Shown piece after piece: positions 11,418 to 23,982 of a stretch of 64,000 bases of DNA. Under the pieces are notes generated by a model. The model was not told the DNA's origin and did no database searches. It was given only the letters and a program-made list of their open reading frames with translations. The number at the start of each line of letters is the position of its first letter. Within the stretch, counting starts at the first letter, position 1. The stretch is from Octopus vulgaris (lineage: Eukaryota): positions 13,826,001 to 13,890,000 of the forward strand of contig OX597826.1 of NCBI GenBank assembly GCA_951406725.2, read 5' to 3'. Both the position numbers and the translations under genes were made by a program.

Positions 11418-13211
11418 ATAATTTTAACCGCATTAACCTTAGCTATGATGACACGACGGTAATTTAATGAGACTTGGCTGCTATAATCTCGTTCCGTAAT
11501 TAAACAGGGTGTCCAAGAATTATACATCTATTTTAATGAAATAGGGCAAACGTCTTTTAAAATATGACACAATTGTGTGTCTCTTACTTACCTGTGATAC
11601 TAAAACTAGTAGACATATAAATCTTACGTCAAATTTCAAAATGTGCTCCGCCTGTATCACTGCAAATTCCAAACGTATCGTTAGGGTTGCTACGCTTATA
11701 CACAAGGGAACAACTGGTGAAGGAATTGCTCTTTATGTTGCCTGTTTCCTTTTTCTATTTGTTTCTTTCGTTGTTCAAAAACAGAAGTTCGTTTCCCATA
11801 TTTTTGTTTTTTTATGTTGTTGTTTTTCATTGTGTTCAGGTTTTCTTAACGTCATGTACCCAAATATGCGTGTATATATACATATATATGTAGGTATGTA
11901 CATATATGTATGTATATATGCATATATATATATATATATATATATATACACGCCTACACACCTACACACACACATGCACACACACACACATGTACGCACA
12001 TACACACACATATACGCACACACATATATACCCACACACATGCACACACACACACATACGCACATACATGCACGCATGCACACGCGCACACCTACACGCA
12101 TACACACACACACACGCACGTACACATACATACATACACACACGCATACATACACCCATACACATACATGCATCCTACACACACATACATACACACTCAC
12201 ACATACATACACACACACGCACTCACTCACACACCTGTATGTTCGCGCACACACATGCACATACACACACTTCCCCACACCCACACGTACATACATACAC
12301 ACTCATACACACATACACACACACACACACACACGGACATACATCTATGCACACACATATATACACACATACTCACATACATTCATCGGACACACTGCCA
12401 CCCAGACATACACACAGACACACTCACACATCCACACGCACACATACGTACGCGCACACTCGCAGGCTCGCGCACACACGCGTTTGCGCCGGTTCGCGCA
12501 CGCATGCGCCCGCATGCACCTCGCCCTTGGACCCGACGAGACCTCCCGCCCGTTCCTGGGATGTCGCTTGTCGTTGGGTTTTCCCACGCCCGTCTCCGCG
12601 GGACCACTCTTCCATCTTCCCCTCCGCTGGAGTCCTTTTCCTAACCCCCCCCTTTTTTTTTTTTTTTTTTCGTTACACACACGCGCACACATATACACAC
12701 ATTGCTTAAACATATACATCACTCTTACACACATTCAATCTACTCGCCACTAATACTACCACGACACTGGACACACACACACACTACTACTCAACACACG
12801 CTGGCACGCTACATACGCCCCCACCCCTTCCCCTCCCTCCCTTCCTCCTTCCTCCCTTTTCTCACTACTGACCTTTGTCTGCTATGCTGCTGCTATGCTG
12901 ACCACCGTCTCGCCCTACCTCACACGCCTACACACAGACGCACACACTAACACATACATATATTTTTTGTTTTTTTACCTCGCCTCACACACACACATAC
13001 ACACACGCACACGCACACACTCACACATACACACACATCTGTTGCGTTACCAACCTTGTCTCCACTCTTTTGCCTTTAAAAACCCACTTTGCTCTTGTTA
13101 TCGTAAACATCCGCCTTTCACCATGTGCTACTGCTAACACCAGCCGTTTTTTTTTTCTCTATCTCCGTTGCCCGCTCCGGGATCTTTCTTTCCTCTCTCT
13201 TCCTTCTTTAT

Positions 13212-13246
13212 GTTTCCGACGAAGAGCTCCGCTCGAAACGTCATAC
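13212..13246 (+). ncRNA. Minimal hammerhead motif, U4C core variant (family 2)
   Basis: gttt-CCGACGA-a gagc tcc gctc-GAAA-cg-TC-atac; helix I has one mismatch. Confidence 0.6.
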
Positions 13247-13332
13247 CTCCCTGCTTCCATTTCCTGAGCGCCTATTAATAATAATACTGTAATTGTTCCC
13301 TTGTTGTTGTTTTTTTGTTTCCCGTTTGGATT

Positions 13333-13370
<38 letters not shown>

Positions 13371-13384
13371 TATTTATACTATTC

Positions 13385-13605
13385 TCTTTACTCTTTCTCT
13401 TCTACATGTTTCAGTCATTTGACTGCGGCCATGGTGGAGCACCGCCTTTAGTCGAGCAAATCGACTCCAGGACTTATTCTTTGTAAGCCTAGTACTTATT
13501 CTATCGGTCACTTTTGCCGAACCGCTATGTTACGGGGTCGTAAACACACCAGCATCGGTTGTCAAGCAGTGTTGGGGGGACAAACACAGACACAAACATA
13601 TGCAC

Positions 13606-13663
<58 letters not shown>

Positions 13664-13800
13664 GACGAGCTTTCAGTTTCCGTCTACCAAGTTCACTCAC
13701 AAGGCTTTGGTCGGCTCGAGGCTACAGTAGAAGGCACTTGCCCAACGTGCTACGCAGTGGGACTGAACCCGGAACCATGTGGTTCGTAAGCAAGCTACTT
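13385..13800 (-). mobile_element. tRNA-derived SINE family A (internal (TA)n/(TG)n microsatellite)
   Basis: Matches the family seen >15 times in this window: head ggcgcaggagtggctgtgtggtaag...gggttcagtccc, CORE-like caccttgggcaagtg, tail gcagtcaaatgactgaaacaagtaaaagag. Confidence 0.9.
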
Positions 13801-14299
13801 TATTTCAATGATTTTGCCATAAAGCCATTACACAGAGGTGGACACTACAACACATGTGGGGACATATAACAATTAAAAATATAAAAATAAAATATGATAT
13901 AATGAATGACACATGAAAATGAACATGAAGAACAAATTAAAATTTGATAATATGAATGATATCTGAAAATGATATTATGAAGGGTGTGCTACTCACCCCA
14001 CACTGAGTAACACCACTCGCTGCCTCTGGGTCCTAAGTCCTTTTTCTCCTTCAGTCCAATCCTTTCCCCTTTCTCCATCACTTACTGACAACATTTCCTT
14101 TGCCATGCATTCGTAACCTTTTTCACCGGGAGGAGGGGGTCTTCTAAATTTTGTGGTGTCTGTTCTTTCTTTTACTTTTTTTTTCTTGTGGAGAAATGGT
14201 ATGGGTGGGTTGGGTGTATGTATGGGGAGGGTGGGTCTGAGTGGTCTTGGATGGGATGGAGTTGGACTGGGGTACCATATCATACTCAGTGTCTTTTCT

Positions 14300-14880
14300 T
14301 TTGTTCCTCTTTCTCCTTCTGCTCTCTGTAACTTTCCATTCTTCCTCCTTATTCTCGTTTCCATCGTCTATTATTTTTCCTTTTCTCTTCTGTCTCCACA
14401 ACTGTATCTTCAGCCATTGTCCTCTGTAGAGGGCAGTATGCTCTAATGTAGCCCTTTTGGCCAAATTTAAAACAACGTGGTACTCTGCCCTCTACCCACA
14501 CCCTCAGCACGATTTCCCCCAACGTCACCGTCTCTGCCAAGTTCTCCAGTTGACCATTCTCCACCTGAATAATTAGTTCAAGTATCCTTCCTTTCCACCC
14601 TCCTTCTTCTGTTTCTGTGGCTTGGAGGACAGCCACCTTCTCCTCGCTTCCAACAAGGACAGCTGCCGCTACCCAAACCACTTCTATATCTGGTGGACTT
14701 GTTTCTACCTTTACCTTGGAAGTCTTTCTTCCAAGATACGTGGGAAGAAGTACTATTTCCTCCGTCCTCGCCCCTACACTCGCCAACAACTTTTACCAAT
14801 TTTTGTGAAAGCTGTGTTCCAAGTTGTGGCGTTCCAGTTTCATCAAATTGGAGTACCAAATAGGCCTGGATTACCGAGTG
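14300..14880 (-). mobile_element. Degenerate non-LTR ORF1/gag-like fragment (L1/Tx1-type) with decayed CCHC knuckle
   Basis: ORF 14349-14789: ...LPTYLGRKTSKVKV...VLRVWVEGRVPRCFKFGQKGYIRAYCP; RRM-like region followed by a Cx2Cx4Hx4C remnant. Confidence 0.6.
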
Positions 14881-15082
14881 CCCAGAAGATTTTTTGCTGT
14901 GATTTTTTTAAACTGTTGTTTCCTTTTCTTCTTCTATCTTTTTTTGTGACTTTCTTTTTATTGACTTGTTTTCTTTTTTCTTCCTTCCTTTTTGTTGAGA
15001 CTTCTTTTTGATTTCTTTCTTTTTCTCCCTTCTTGTTTGAATTTTATCTTGAACTGTTGTTGAACATTTTATTCAAATAAAA

Positions 15083-16170
15083 CATGGCAAAGAACAAGGA
15101 CAATATGCAACGATGTGGTTGCTATTTCACACCCCTGAGGTGGCTCGCAAATTTGCGAGCCAGCCCTTGGAGGGTAGAGATTTTGTTCCTTCCCACGTAT
15201 TGTGGGAGGAAATTGACGAGGACTTGGGTCTGTGGTTTTCCACCATGAATAGAACCCGAGTGGATAGAGGACACTATCAGCCGGGGTCTGGGTGGCAGCA
15301 GAGACAAACTCCTCAATGTAAAAATTTTACCTGCGGCTGATTGGGTGCGGTCAAAAGCGGTTTGATCTTGTGTACCCAATCAGCCAAAAATGTAGTATTC
15401 CCATATTTTTTTGAAAATGGCCGGGTGCAAGTACCCGGTGATTGTTGAGCGTCGCCCCGCCAAGTGTCATCGGTGCCTGGAGCCCGGCCATATAAAGAAA
15501 AACTATCCCCAGGAATAAAGTAAGGTCCTAGAGCAGTTGGTTGAGACTTCTGTAGAAAAGGGAACGAAAGCGGCCGAGGAGGCGGGGGACTCCTCAAAGA
15601 AAGGCCGCAAGAGGAAGAAGCTGAGCAACAACGGATGCTCACCGAAGGATCCTAGGGATGAGGGGAGGCGAATCTACACGTTTCGGAGGAGACGCACCCT
15701 CCCTCAGTTGAGAAGAAAAAAAGAGGAAGAGGAAGAGAAACGGGACACTGCCGGCAGTCGGTGACATAGTGCTGGAATGTCCCGGAACCTCGTTGGTGGG
15801 AGTTGTGCCACCGGCAAGGGAAGAGACACTATCTGTGGCATTGTGCCACCGACGGTAGAAGTGACTACCTCGTCCCCGGAGGAAGACGAATTATTGGTCT
15901 TCTTCTACAGAGGGGGAGAGGTGGAGAAGGCGTTGGAAAAGCACCGTAAGGGAGTACCTTTAGCCTGCACACGGGATCCCGAATGGCCTCCGCAGATAAC
16001 TGTGGTGGTCATAACGTTGCCCGTGTTGCGTCGGCTGGAGGTACTCAACGAGGAATATCGCTTGTGGCCGGGCGACACCGACACGGGACCCGTTTTGTGT
16101 TTGAATGAGGCGTGGGTGGTGGCGGAGGATGGGGTCACAAGGGATGTTGGGGAGGAATATGGATAAGAGG
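15083..16170 (+). mobile_element. Second, divergent ORF1/gag-like fragment (frameshifted)
   Basis: Manual translation gives FLPTYCGRKLTRTWVCGFPP*IEPEWI and VIVERRPAKCHRCLEPGHIKKNYP, homologous to the 14349-14789 peptide; GC-richer than the flanks. Confidence 0.55.
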
Positions 16171-16389
16171 TTATTGAAAGTTCCTAGTTTGAAAAAAGGT
16201 TAGTGCCTCATTTTGCTATTGAATATTGTGAACAATGTAAGAGGTCTGTTGACAGAACGATCGATGGGCGTCACTTTTTCCCCCATTAATCATCATTTTC
16301 ATTTTTCATTTCATATAACACTATGTTTGTGTCCAGCCCGTAGCTTCCTATCTCTATGTAAGGCCTTTATGGCCAATACAATGAAATCA

Positions 16390-16555
16390 AGAAGCTTGCT
16401 TCCCAACCACATGCATCTTGGTTCAGTCCCACTGGATGGCATCTTGGGTAAGTGTCTTCTACTACAGCCTCGGTCCGACCAAATCCCTATAAGTGGGTTT
16501 GGTAGGCAGAAACTAAAAGAAGTCCGTCGTATATACAAACACACACACACAACAC

Positions 16556-16599
<44 letters not shown>

Positions 16600-16885
16600 G
16601 TATCTCTCTCTCTCTCTAAATATATATATATATATATAAATACATGTATGTGAGGGGTGATGCGTGTGTGCGTCTTTGTGTCTATATTTGTCCCTTCACT
16701 ACTACCGCTTGACAACTGGTGTTAGTGTGTTTACATCCCCTTAACTTAGAACTTTGGCAAAAGTCACCACTCTAATAAGTAATAGGCTGGAAATAAGTCC
16801 TGGTGTCGGTTTGCTCAATTAAAAAACCCTTCAAAGCGGCGCTCCAGCCTAGCCGCAGTCTAATGACTGAAACAAGTAAAAGGTA
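16390..16885 (+). mobile_element. SINE family A, older copy belonging to the duplicated exon unit
   Basis: Family A body and tail; decayed 3' halves occupy the same position upstream of repeat exons at ~1330-1525, ~5050-5240 and ~8360-8522. Confidence 0.75.
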
Positions 16886-17040
16886 AAAGGCGTACATACA
16901 TACATACATACATACATACATACATACATACATACATACATACATACATACATACATGCATGCATACATGCATGCATGCATGCATAGATGCATACACACG
17001 AGGGTTTTCACTCATACATGTATATATTTATTCGTTTCAG

Positions 17041-17089
17041 CAATGATTCTCAAGGTGGTGGCCCAGGATTGCTGCAGTCTTTGGACTAA
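17041..17089 (+). pseudogene. Truncated repeat exon copy (NDSQGG then unrelated sequence to a TAA stop)
   Basis: Acceptor tattcgtttcag| and first six codons are homologous; the unit's downstream intron reappears at ~17716-17835 and ~18135-18265. Confidence 0.55.
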
Positions 17090-17840
17090 AACATTTTTAA
17101 AGATTTAAGGATTTAAGAGAGTAGAAATGACAAAACCTTATAATGATGATAGATAAGATGATACTTAGGCCATGTTGAGAAATACTACAGCAGATAGCAG
17201 CCAGATGAACTGGAAGGGAACTAACTAGTAATTGAACAGAATACTTTGAGCAGTAAAGAAAAAAAATTATTTGCTATCTAACTTAACAATTTTATATTTG
17301 TTTTCAGTTTTAAAGTTGTCCGGTTGCAATTTCAAAATTGTTGGTTTCACGTATTTATATATTTTGTGATTTAATTCCGTTACGATTTTAATGAATAAAA
17401 AACTTTTTTTCTCAGTGAACAGGTCGCGGTCTTAAAGCGACGAAAATATTTTGACAAATTAAACTTAAATGTTGAAGTTAATCGAACGGCTTTTGTGTGT
17501 TTCTTAAATGGCTTACAAACACCTTCCACGCTGCAATTGTTTTCGTTTCAGCACACGATCTCAGATCAAATCACTCGCCATGCAAGTACACCTCCGTAAA
17601 ATAAAATACTGTTTGTTGTTTTACCTCCAGAAGAACCTAGATCGGGAAAATAAGTTCCAGACACGATTGTTATCTATGTTTATATTTCCCAATGTGTCCT
17701 TCCTTTTTCTAATTCAATGAGACTTGGCTGCTATAATCAGGTTCCGTAAATATACAGGGTGTCCCAGAATTAACTATCTATTTCAATGAAATCGGGCAAA
17801 TTAAAAAAAAAAACACCTGACAGAATTGTATTTTTTTTTA

Positions 17841-17842
<2 letters not shown>

Positions 17843-17902
<60 letters not shown>

Positions 17903-18135
17903 CCACTGCCTGGAATCGAACTCTGAATCTTGGGGGTTAGTAGCCTGCGCTTTTTACCTCTACACCATATGCCCACGAAAAATAGCACCGTAAAAATACC
18001 TTCGGAATGAGAATTCAGGTTCAAAATTTGCCCAAGACACCTGATGAAGGCTGGAGGGTATACCAGCCGAAACGTTGTGTTAACAACAAACAAGATGAGG
18101 ACAAATATCCGTCAAATATAAATAATGTAAATATT
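17843..18135. mobile_element. tRNA-headed hammerhead element (family 3) with the head inverted relative to the ribozyme
   Basis: Minus strand 17974-17901: gggcatatggtgtagagg...gttcgattccaggcagtggcc then (TAA)n. Plus strand 17990-18135 carries a hammerhead. Both parts match 55863-56235. Confidence 0.75.
18036..18081 (+). ncRNA. Minimal type I hammerhead ribozyme
   Basis: gacac-CTGATGA-a ggctgg agggtata ccagcc-GAAA-cg-TT-gtgtt; canonical core, 6-bp helix II, loopless palindromic helix III. Confidence 0.85.
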
Positions 18136-18509
18136 ATATGTTTATTACTTAACTATGTTACCAAAACTAATAGATTTATAAATCTTACGTCAAAACTCCT
18201 TGAAAGTTTTTCAACGTGGGCTCCGTCTGTATCGCTGCAAATTTTAAATCTATCGTTAGCGTTGGGAGACACGTTTTGAAGAGTTTCACGAATTATCTCT
18301 TGCACGGCTAACCGAATTCATTCTTTAAGATCAGCTAAACTATTGCCCTATCCCGGGGATGGAGGTAGAAAAATTACTGCAGCCAAATTTTTTTTTAATT
18401 CTGTCGCGCAAAGATAAGCGGGGTTCCACATGAATGAAGAAAAATTATTAAGATATCATAAAATTTATAAAATATATACAGAATAAAATATTTATACACT
18501 TTTAACATA

Positions 18510-18672
18510 GGCGTAGGAGTGGCTGTGTGGTAAGTAGCTTGCTTACGAACCACATGGTTCCGGGTTCAGTCCCACTACGTGGCACCTTGGACGAGTGTCT
18601 TCTACTATAGCCTCGGGCCGACCAAAGCCTTGTGAGTGGATTTGGTTGACGGAAACTGAAAGAAGCCCGTCG

Positions 18673-18751
<79 letters not shown>

Positions 18752-18947
18752 CGTGTATATGTTTGTATGTCTGTGTTTGTCCCCCCAACATCGACTGACA
18801 ACCGATGCTGGTGTGTTTACGACCCCGTAACATAGCGGTTCGGCAAAAGAGACCGATAGAATATTTACTAGGTTTACAAAGAATAAGTCCAACTAAAGGC
18901 GGTGCTCCGGCACAGTCAAATGACTGCAACAAGTAAAGAGTAAAAAG
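18510..18947 (+). mobile_element. SINE family A
   Basis: Head-to-tail copy with internal (TA)n and a small internal deletion near the 3' end. Confidence 0.9.
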
Positions 18948-19104
18948 TTGGTATTCTGTCATTCCGTTGACCCTATATTCATTTCGCAATGCTCCAGCGG
19001 AAGAACTTGCTGAGATAACTAGTTCCTTTTCAAGGGAGATAACTTCGTTATATTGCAACTATTAACTAATATATGAATTAGTTCCCTTGAATGCAAATAA
19101 ATTA

Positions 19105-20410
19105 TTTTCTACTCTAGGCACAAGGCCCGAAATTTTGGGGAGTGAGGGTGGGGGCAGTCGATTAGATCGACGCCAGTACGCAACTGGTACTTAATTTATC
19201 GACCCCGAAAGGATGAAAGGCAAAGTCGACCTCGGCGGAATTTGAACACAGAACGTAAAGACAGACGAAATTCTGCTAAGTATTTCGCCCGTGCCCACAA
19301 GGGGCTAAACATAGAGGGGACAAACAAGGACAGACAAACGGATTAAGTCGATTATATCGACGCCAGTGCCGTAACTGGTACTTTATTTATCGACCCCGAA
19401 AGGATGAAAAGCAAAGTCAACCTCGGCAGAATTTGAACTCACAACGTAAAGACAGACGAAATACATATTTCTTTACTATCCACAAGGGGCTAAACACAGG
19501 GCGGACAAACAAGGACAGACAAAGGGATTAAGTCGATTACATCGACCCCAATTCGAAACTGGTACTTTATTTATCGACCCCGAAAGGATGAACGGCAAAG
19601 TCGACCTCGGCGGAATTTAAATTCAGAACGTAACGACAGACGAAATACATATTTCTTTACTACCCACAAGGGGCTAAACACAGAGAGGACAAACCAGGAC
19701 AGACAAACGGATTAAGTCGATTATATCGATCCCAGTGCGTATCTGGTACTTATTTAATCGAACCCGAAAAGATGAAAGGCAAAGTCGACCTCGGCGGAAT
19801 TTGAACTCAGAACGTAGCGGCATACGAAATACCTATTTCTTTACTACCCACAAGGGGCTAAACACAGAGAGGACAAACCAGGACAGACAAACGGATTAAG
19901 TCGATTATATCGATCCCAGTGCGTATCTGGTACTTATTTAATCGAACCCGAAAGGGTGAAGGGCAAAGTCGACCTCGGCGGAATTTGAACTCAGAACGTA
20001 GGGGCAGAAGAAATACCTATTTCTTTACTACCCACAAGGGGCTAAACACAGAGAGGACAAACCAGGACAGACAAACGGATTAAGTCGATTATATCGATCC
20101 CAGTGCGTAACTGGTACTTATTTAATCGACCCCGAAAAGATGAAAGACAAAGTCGACCTCGGCGGAATTTGAACTCAGAACGTAGCGGCAGAGGAAATAC
20201 CTATTTCTTTACTACCCACAAGGGGCTAAACACAGAGGGGACAAACAAGGACAGACAAACGGATTAAGTGGTACATAATTTATCGACCCCGAAAGGATGA
20301 AAGGCAAAGTCGACCTCGGCGAAATTTGAACCCAGAACGTAGTAGCAGACGAAATACCACTAAGCATTTCGCCCGGCGTGCTAACGATTCTGCTAGCTCG
20401 CCGCCTTTAA
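19105..20410 (-). mobile_element. SINE family C (Nin/Deu-domain-like) with an internal tandem array of ~184-bp units (7 B-box/central-domain copies)
   Basis: gtcgacctcggcggaatttgaac (or a close variant) recurs at ~19225, 19416, 19600, 19784, 19968, 20152 and 20309; single head at ~20350-20410 and single tail at ~19105-19150; a monomer is at 43145-43370. Confidence 0.85.
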
Positions 20411-20799
20411 GTTATTATATATGAAAACAGAAACATTAATCATCCTCCTACACTTTCAATAAATATCCATTCAGGTAAGTAAACAGCATAAGAATATCTA
20501 ATATACAACCAGTTGATGAATATTCAGTTATATCGTTACAAATGTCTTAAAAGTCAATAGAAAAGGTCGCCAGAATACAACTCAGAGAACGGAATTCAGG
20601 AGGTAAAAATCATATTGTTTAACATTTAAAGTGAATATAGCCAGTGTAATTATAAGTTCGAAAGACAACGCTGTTGTTACGCTTTTTTTTTTGGTAAAAA
20701 GTAAAGTACAATATTCTTTTGAGAGTTATTGAGAAACCAAAAAGGAAAGAAATTTTAAGGAATAAGAGAAAAAGAAAATGACGTATCAAAATATAGCAC

Positions 20800-21190
20800 T
20801 GGAGTAGCTGTGTGGTAAGTAGCTTGCTTATGAGCCACATGGTTCTGGGTTCTGTCCCACTGCGTGGCACCTTGGACTAGTGTTTTCTACTATAGCCTCG
20901 GGCCGAGCAAAGCCTTGTGATTGGATTTGGTAGAGGAAAACTGAAAGAAGCCCGTCGTGTGTGTGTGTGTGTTTGAGTGTCTGTATTTGTTCCTCCAACA
21001 TCGCTTGACAACCGATGCTGGTGTGTTTACGTCCCCGTAACTTAGCGGTTCGACAAAAGTGACCGATAGAATAAGTACTAGGCTTACAAAGAATAAGTCC
21101 TGGGGTCGATTTGTTCGACTAAAGGCGGTGCCCCAGCATGGCCGCAGTCACATGACTGAAACAAGTAAAAGAGTAAAAGAGTAAAGAGTA
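20800..21190 (+). mobile_element. SINE family A
   Basis: Family consensus match with (GAGTAAAA)n tail. Confidence 0.9.
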
Positions 21191-21539
21191 ACTTTTCAAG
21201 ATTTATATCTTGAAGAAGAGAATAAAAATTCCTATTTGAGGTTGGAGTTGGCTACTGCCAGACTCCCTGTGGAGTTGACAGAATGCATGCGTTTATACAT
21301 GTATAGTGGTGTATTTTGTAAGTGTGTCTTTGAATTCATTTAGCTTTAATTTGGTGGGGTTTCTTTCTTTTAAGTTATTATAATATTTTTAAATATTATT
21401 TCCTGCATCCGATGAAAGTTTTTATCAGAATAAATGTATAAGAAATCCTTGAAATAATTACTTTGGCTGTCTGTTTATGTGTGGAAATTTTGAAAGACTA
21501 AGCGTAAAAAAAAACTGTTGTATCTTGAGCCATTAAACG

Positions 21540-21542
<3 letters not shown>

Positions 21543-21635
<93 letters not shown>

Positions 21636-21842
21636 TGTGTGTATCTGTGTGTGTCTGTGTGTGTGTGTGTGTGTGTCTGTGTGTGTCTGCGTGTGTCTGT
21701 GTGAGTGTGTGTGTCTGTGTCTGTGTGTGTGCGTGTGTGTGTGTCTGTGTCTGTGTGTGTCTGTGTGTGTTAGTGTGTCTGTGTGTGTGTCTGTGCGTGT
21801 GTGCGCGTGTGTGTGTGTCTGTCTGTGTGTGTGTGTGTGTGT
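21543..21842. repeat. (GT)n microsatellite
   Basis: Directly visible. Confidence 0.95.
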
Positions 21843-22807
21843 ACCGCGGAGCAACAGTCGGCTTCCGGACGAGGCGAAAAAAGCAAGATGGCTTCGATTT
21901 CCGGTTGTTCCTTTTTAACTTGTATTCTTGAAAAACCATGATGGTAGAGCATCTCACTTCACTTCCCCTGACTTCTATGGGTACATTTTTTCTTATTTCA
22001 GTCTAAACGTTTTTTCTTAATTACAGTTTAAACATATTTTAAAATTTCCGTTTATATTTGCTAACATAGGCAAAAAGCCAGATATTTGAAGGAAGATGTA
22101 GTCGACTTAATCAGCATTAGGGCATCGGTGCCTGTTTTTACCGATACTGAAAGATTAAAAGACAAGGTTCACTTGAATGGGATTTGAGCTCACAACGTAA
22201 AGACTCGGTATAAAAACATTCAGGGAATTTTATGCGACGTTTTAACAATTCTGCTAAGCAAGCGCCTTATTTTATGAGAATAAATCTTAATACAAGATTT
22301 GTTATTAGTTTTGTGTCTTTCATTTATGAATTTCAAGGAGTTTCTTCTCTAGTCTCACAATCCCTTTTGTCCTACGCAAAATGCATAAATGGAACACACA
22401 CACACACGCAACACACGTGCTCGCGCGTACGTACGTATATCATTATTCAATTTCATTTCACGATTTCTTGCCAATAGAGAAAGAACCGGTTTCTAACCAA
22501 GATCCGATTCTACATTGGAATCTCACCAACATCAACAGGGTATTTTTGTATGTAATGTATGTATGTATGTATGTATGTATGTATGTATGTATGTATGCAT
22601 ATATGTATGTATGTATGCATTTCGGTTATATCTGTAGAAATAACCATATCAAATAATTTAAGGGCGCACTACTAACGCAGTAGAACGTGGTGTAGACTTA
22701 CAAAAACATTTAATACACTTTATAGTATATTATGGTTTCATAACGAAATACCACGTACCTACAAGTCATTAATGTTTACATACTAGCTCCAGGAATGCGT
22801 TTAAGAT

Positions 22808-22993
22808 GTGCAGGAGTGGCTGTGTGGTAAGTAGCTTGCTAACCAACCACATGGTTCCGGGTTCTGTCCCACTGCGTGGCATCTTGGGCAAGTGTCTTCT
22901 GCTATAGCCCCGGGCCGACCAATGCCTTGTGAGTGGATTTGGTAGACGGAAACTGAAAGAAGCCTGTCGTATATATGTATGTCTCTAATTTTA

Positions 22994-23069
<76 letters not shown>

Positions 23070-23300
23070 TATGTATGTATGTGTGTGTGTTTGTGTGTCT
23101 GTGTTTGTCCTCCTAGCATTGCTTGACAACCGATGCTGGTGTGTTTACGTCCCCGTCACTTAGCGGTTCGGCAAAAGAGACCGATAGAATAAGTACTGGG
23201 CGTACAAAGAATAAGTCCCGGGATCGATTTGCTCGACTAAAGGCGGTGCTCCAGCATGGCCGCAGTCAAATGACTGAAACAAGTAAAACAGTAAAAGAGT
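22808..23300 (+). mobile_element. SINE family A
   Basis: Family consensus match. Confidence 0.9.
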
Positions 23301-23404
23301 ATTGGTATATCCAATAATTTCACACCACTGTATGCGGTGGTTTATTTAAGTAATGTGTTCGAAGATGAGTAATGGGTTAGATGGGGTGCTGATGAAGGGA
23401 CACT

Positions 23405-23537
23405 CCCTGCCGGGTGTCTCGTGGAGCTTTTAGGTGCTTTCGCTCAATAAACACACGCAACGCCCGGTCTGGGAATCGAAACCGTGATCCTCCAACCGCC
23501 AGTTCGCTGCCCTAACCACTGGGCCATTGCGCCTCCT
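23405..23537 (-). mobile_element. SINE family B head fragment
   Basis: Minus strand ggaggcgcaatggcccagtggttagggcagcg...gtttcgattcccagaccgggcg. Confidence 0.8.
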
Positions 23538-23607
23538 GTGTACGAAATGCAGTAGCAGAAATCAATGCTATAGTATAACTGTAGAAATAACTTAAACAAA
23601 TAGTCAT

Positions 23608-23842
23608 TGAACAGCTGATTTCTACAGCTATAACCAGTTTCTCTTCTCCATCCCAAATCACTATATCGGGTCTATTGTGCTTACATTTTACTGAGGTTTT
23701 CATTAGAACATTCCCCCAATACTCCTTTTTATTGCACTGTTCTTATTTCTTCTACCATACTGTACTTATTTCTTTGTCGTCGGGGGTTATCCTTCAAAAG
23801 GATCTTATTACGCAGTGCCCTAGGTACATCATGTCTCGTCGA
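23608..23842 (-). mobile_element. R4/Dong-like non-LTR retrotransposon fragment (restriction-like endonuclease)
   Basis: RHDV... followed by KTSVKCKHNRPDIVIWDGEEKLVIAVEISC (RHD and PD..E motifs). Confidence 0.75.
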
Positions 23843-23949
23843 TGTATGTATGTATGTATGTATGTATGTATGTACGCATGTATGTATGTATGTATGTATG
23901 TATGTATGTATGTATGTATGTATGCATGTATGTATGTATGTATGTATGA

Positions 23950-23982
<33 letters not shown>

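Noticed and set aside
19105-20410. CRISPR-like appearance of regularly spaced repeats
   Set aside because: The intervening sequences are themselves repeated (no unique spacers), there are no cas genes, and the context is a eukaryotic SINE.
23388-23415. CTGATGA followed by a hairpin (also partial motifs near 25472, 48360 and 53382)
   Set aside because: No correctly placed GAAA or no helix pairing.
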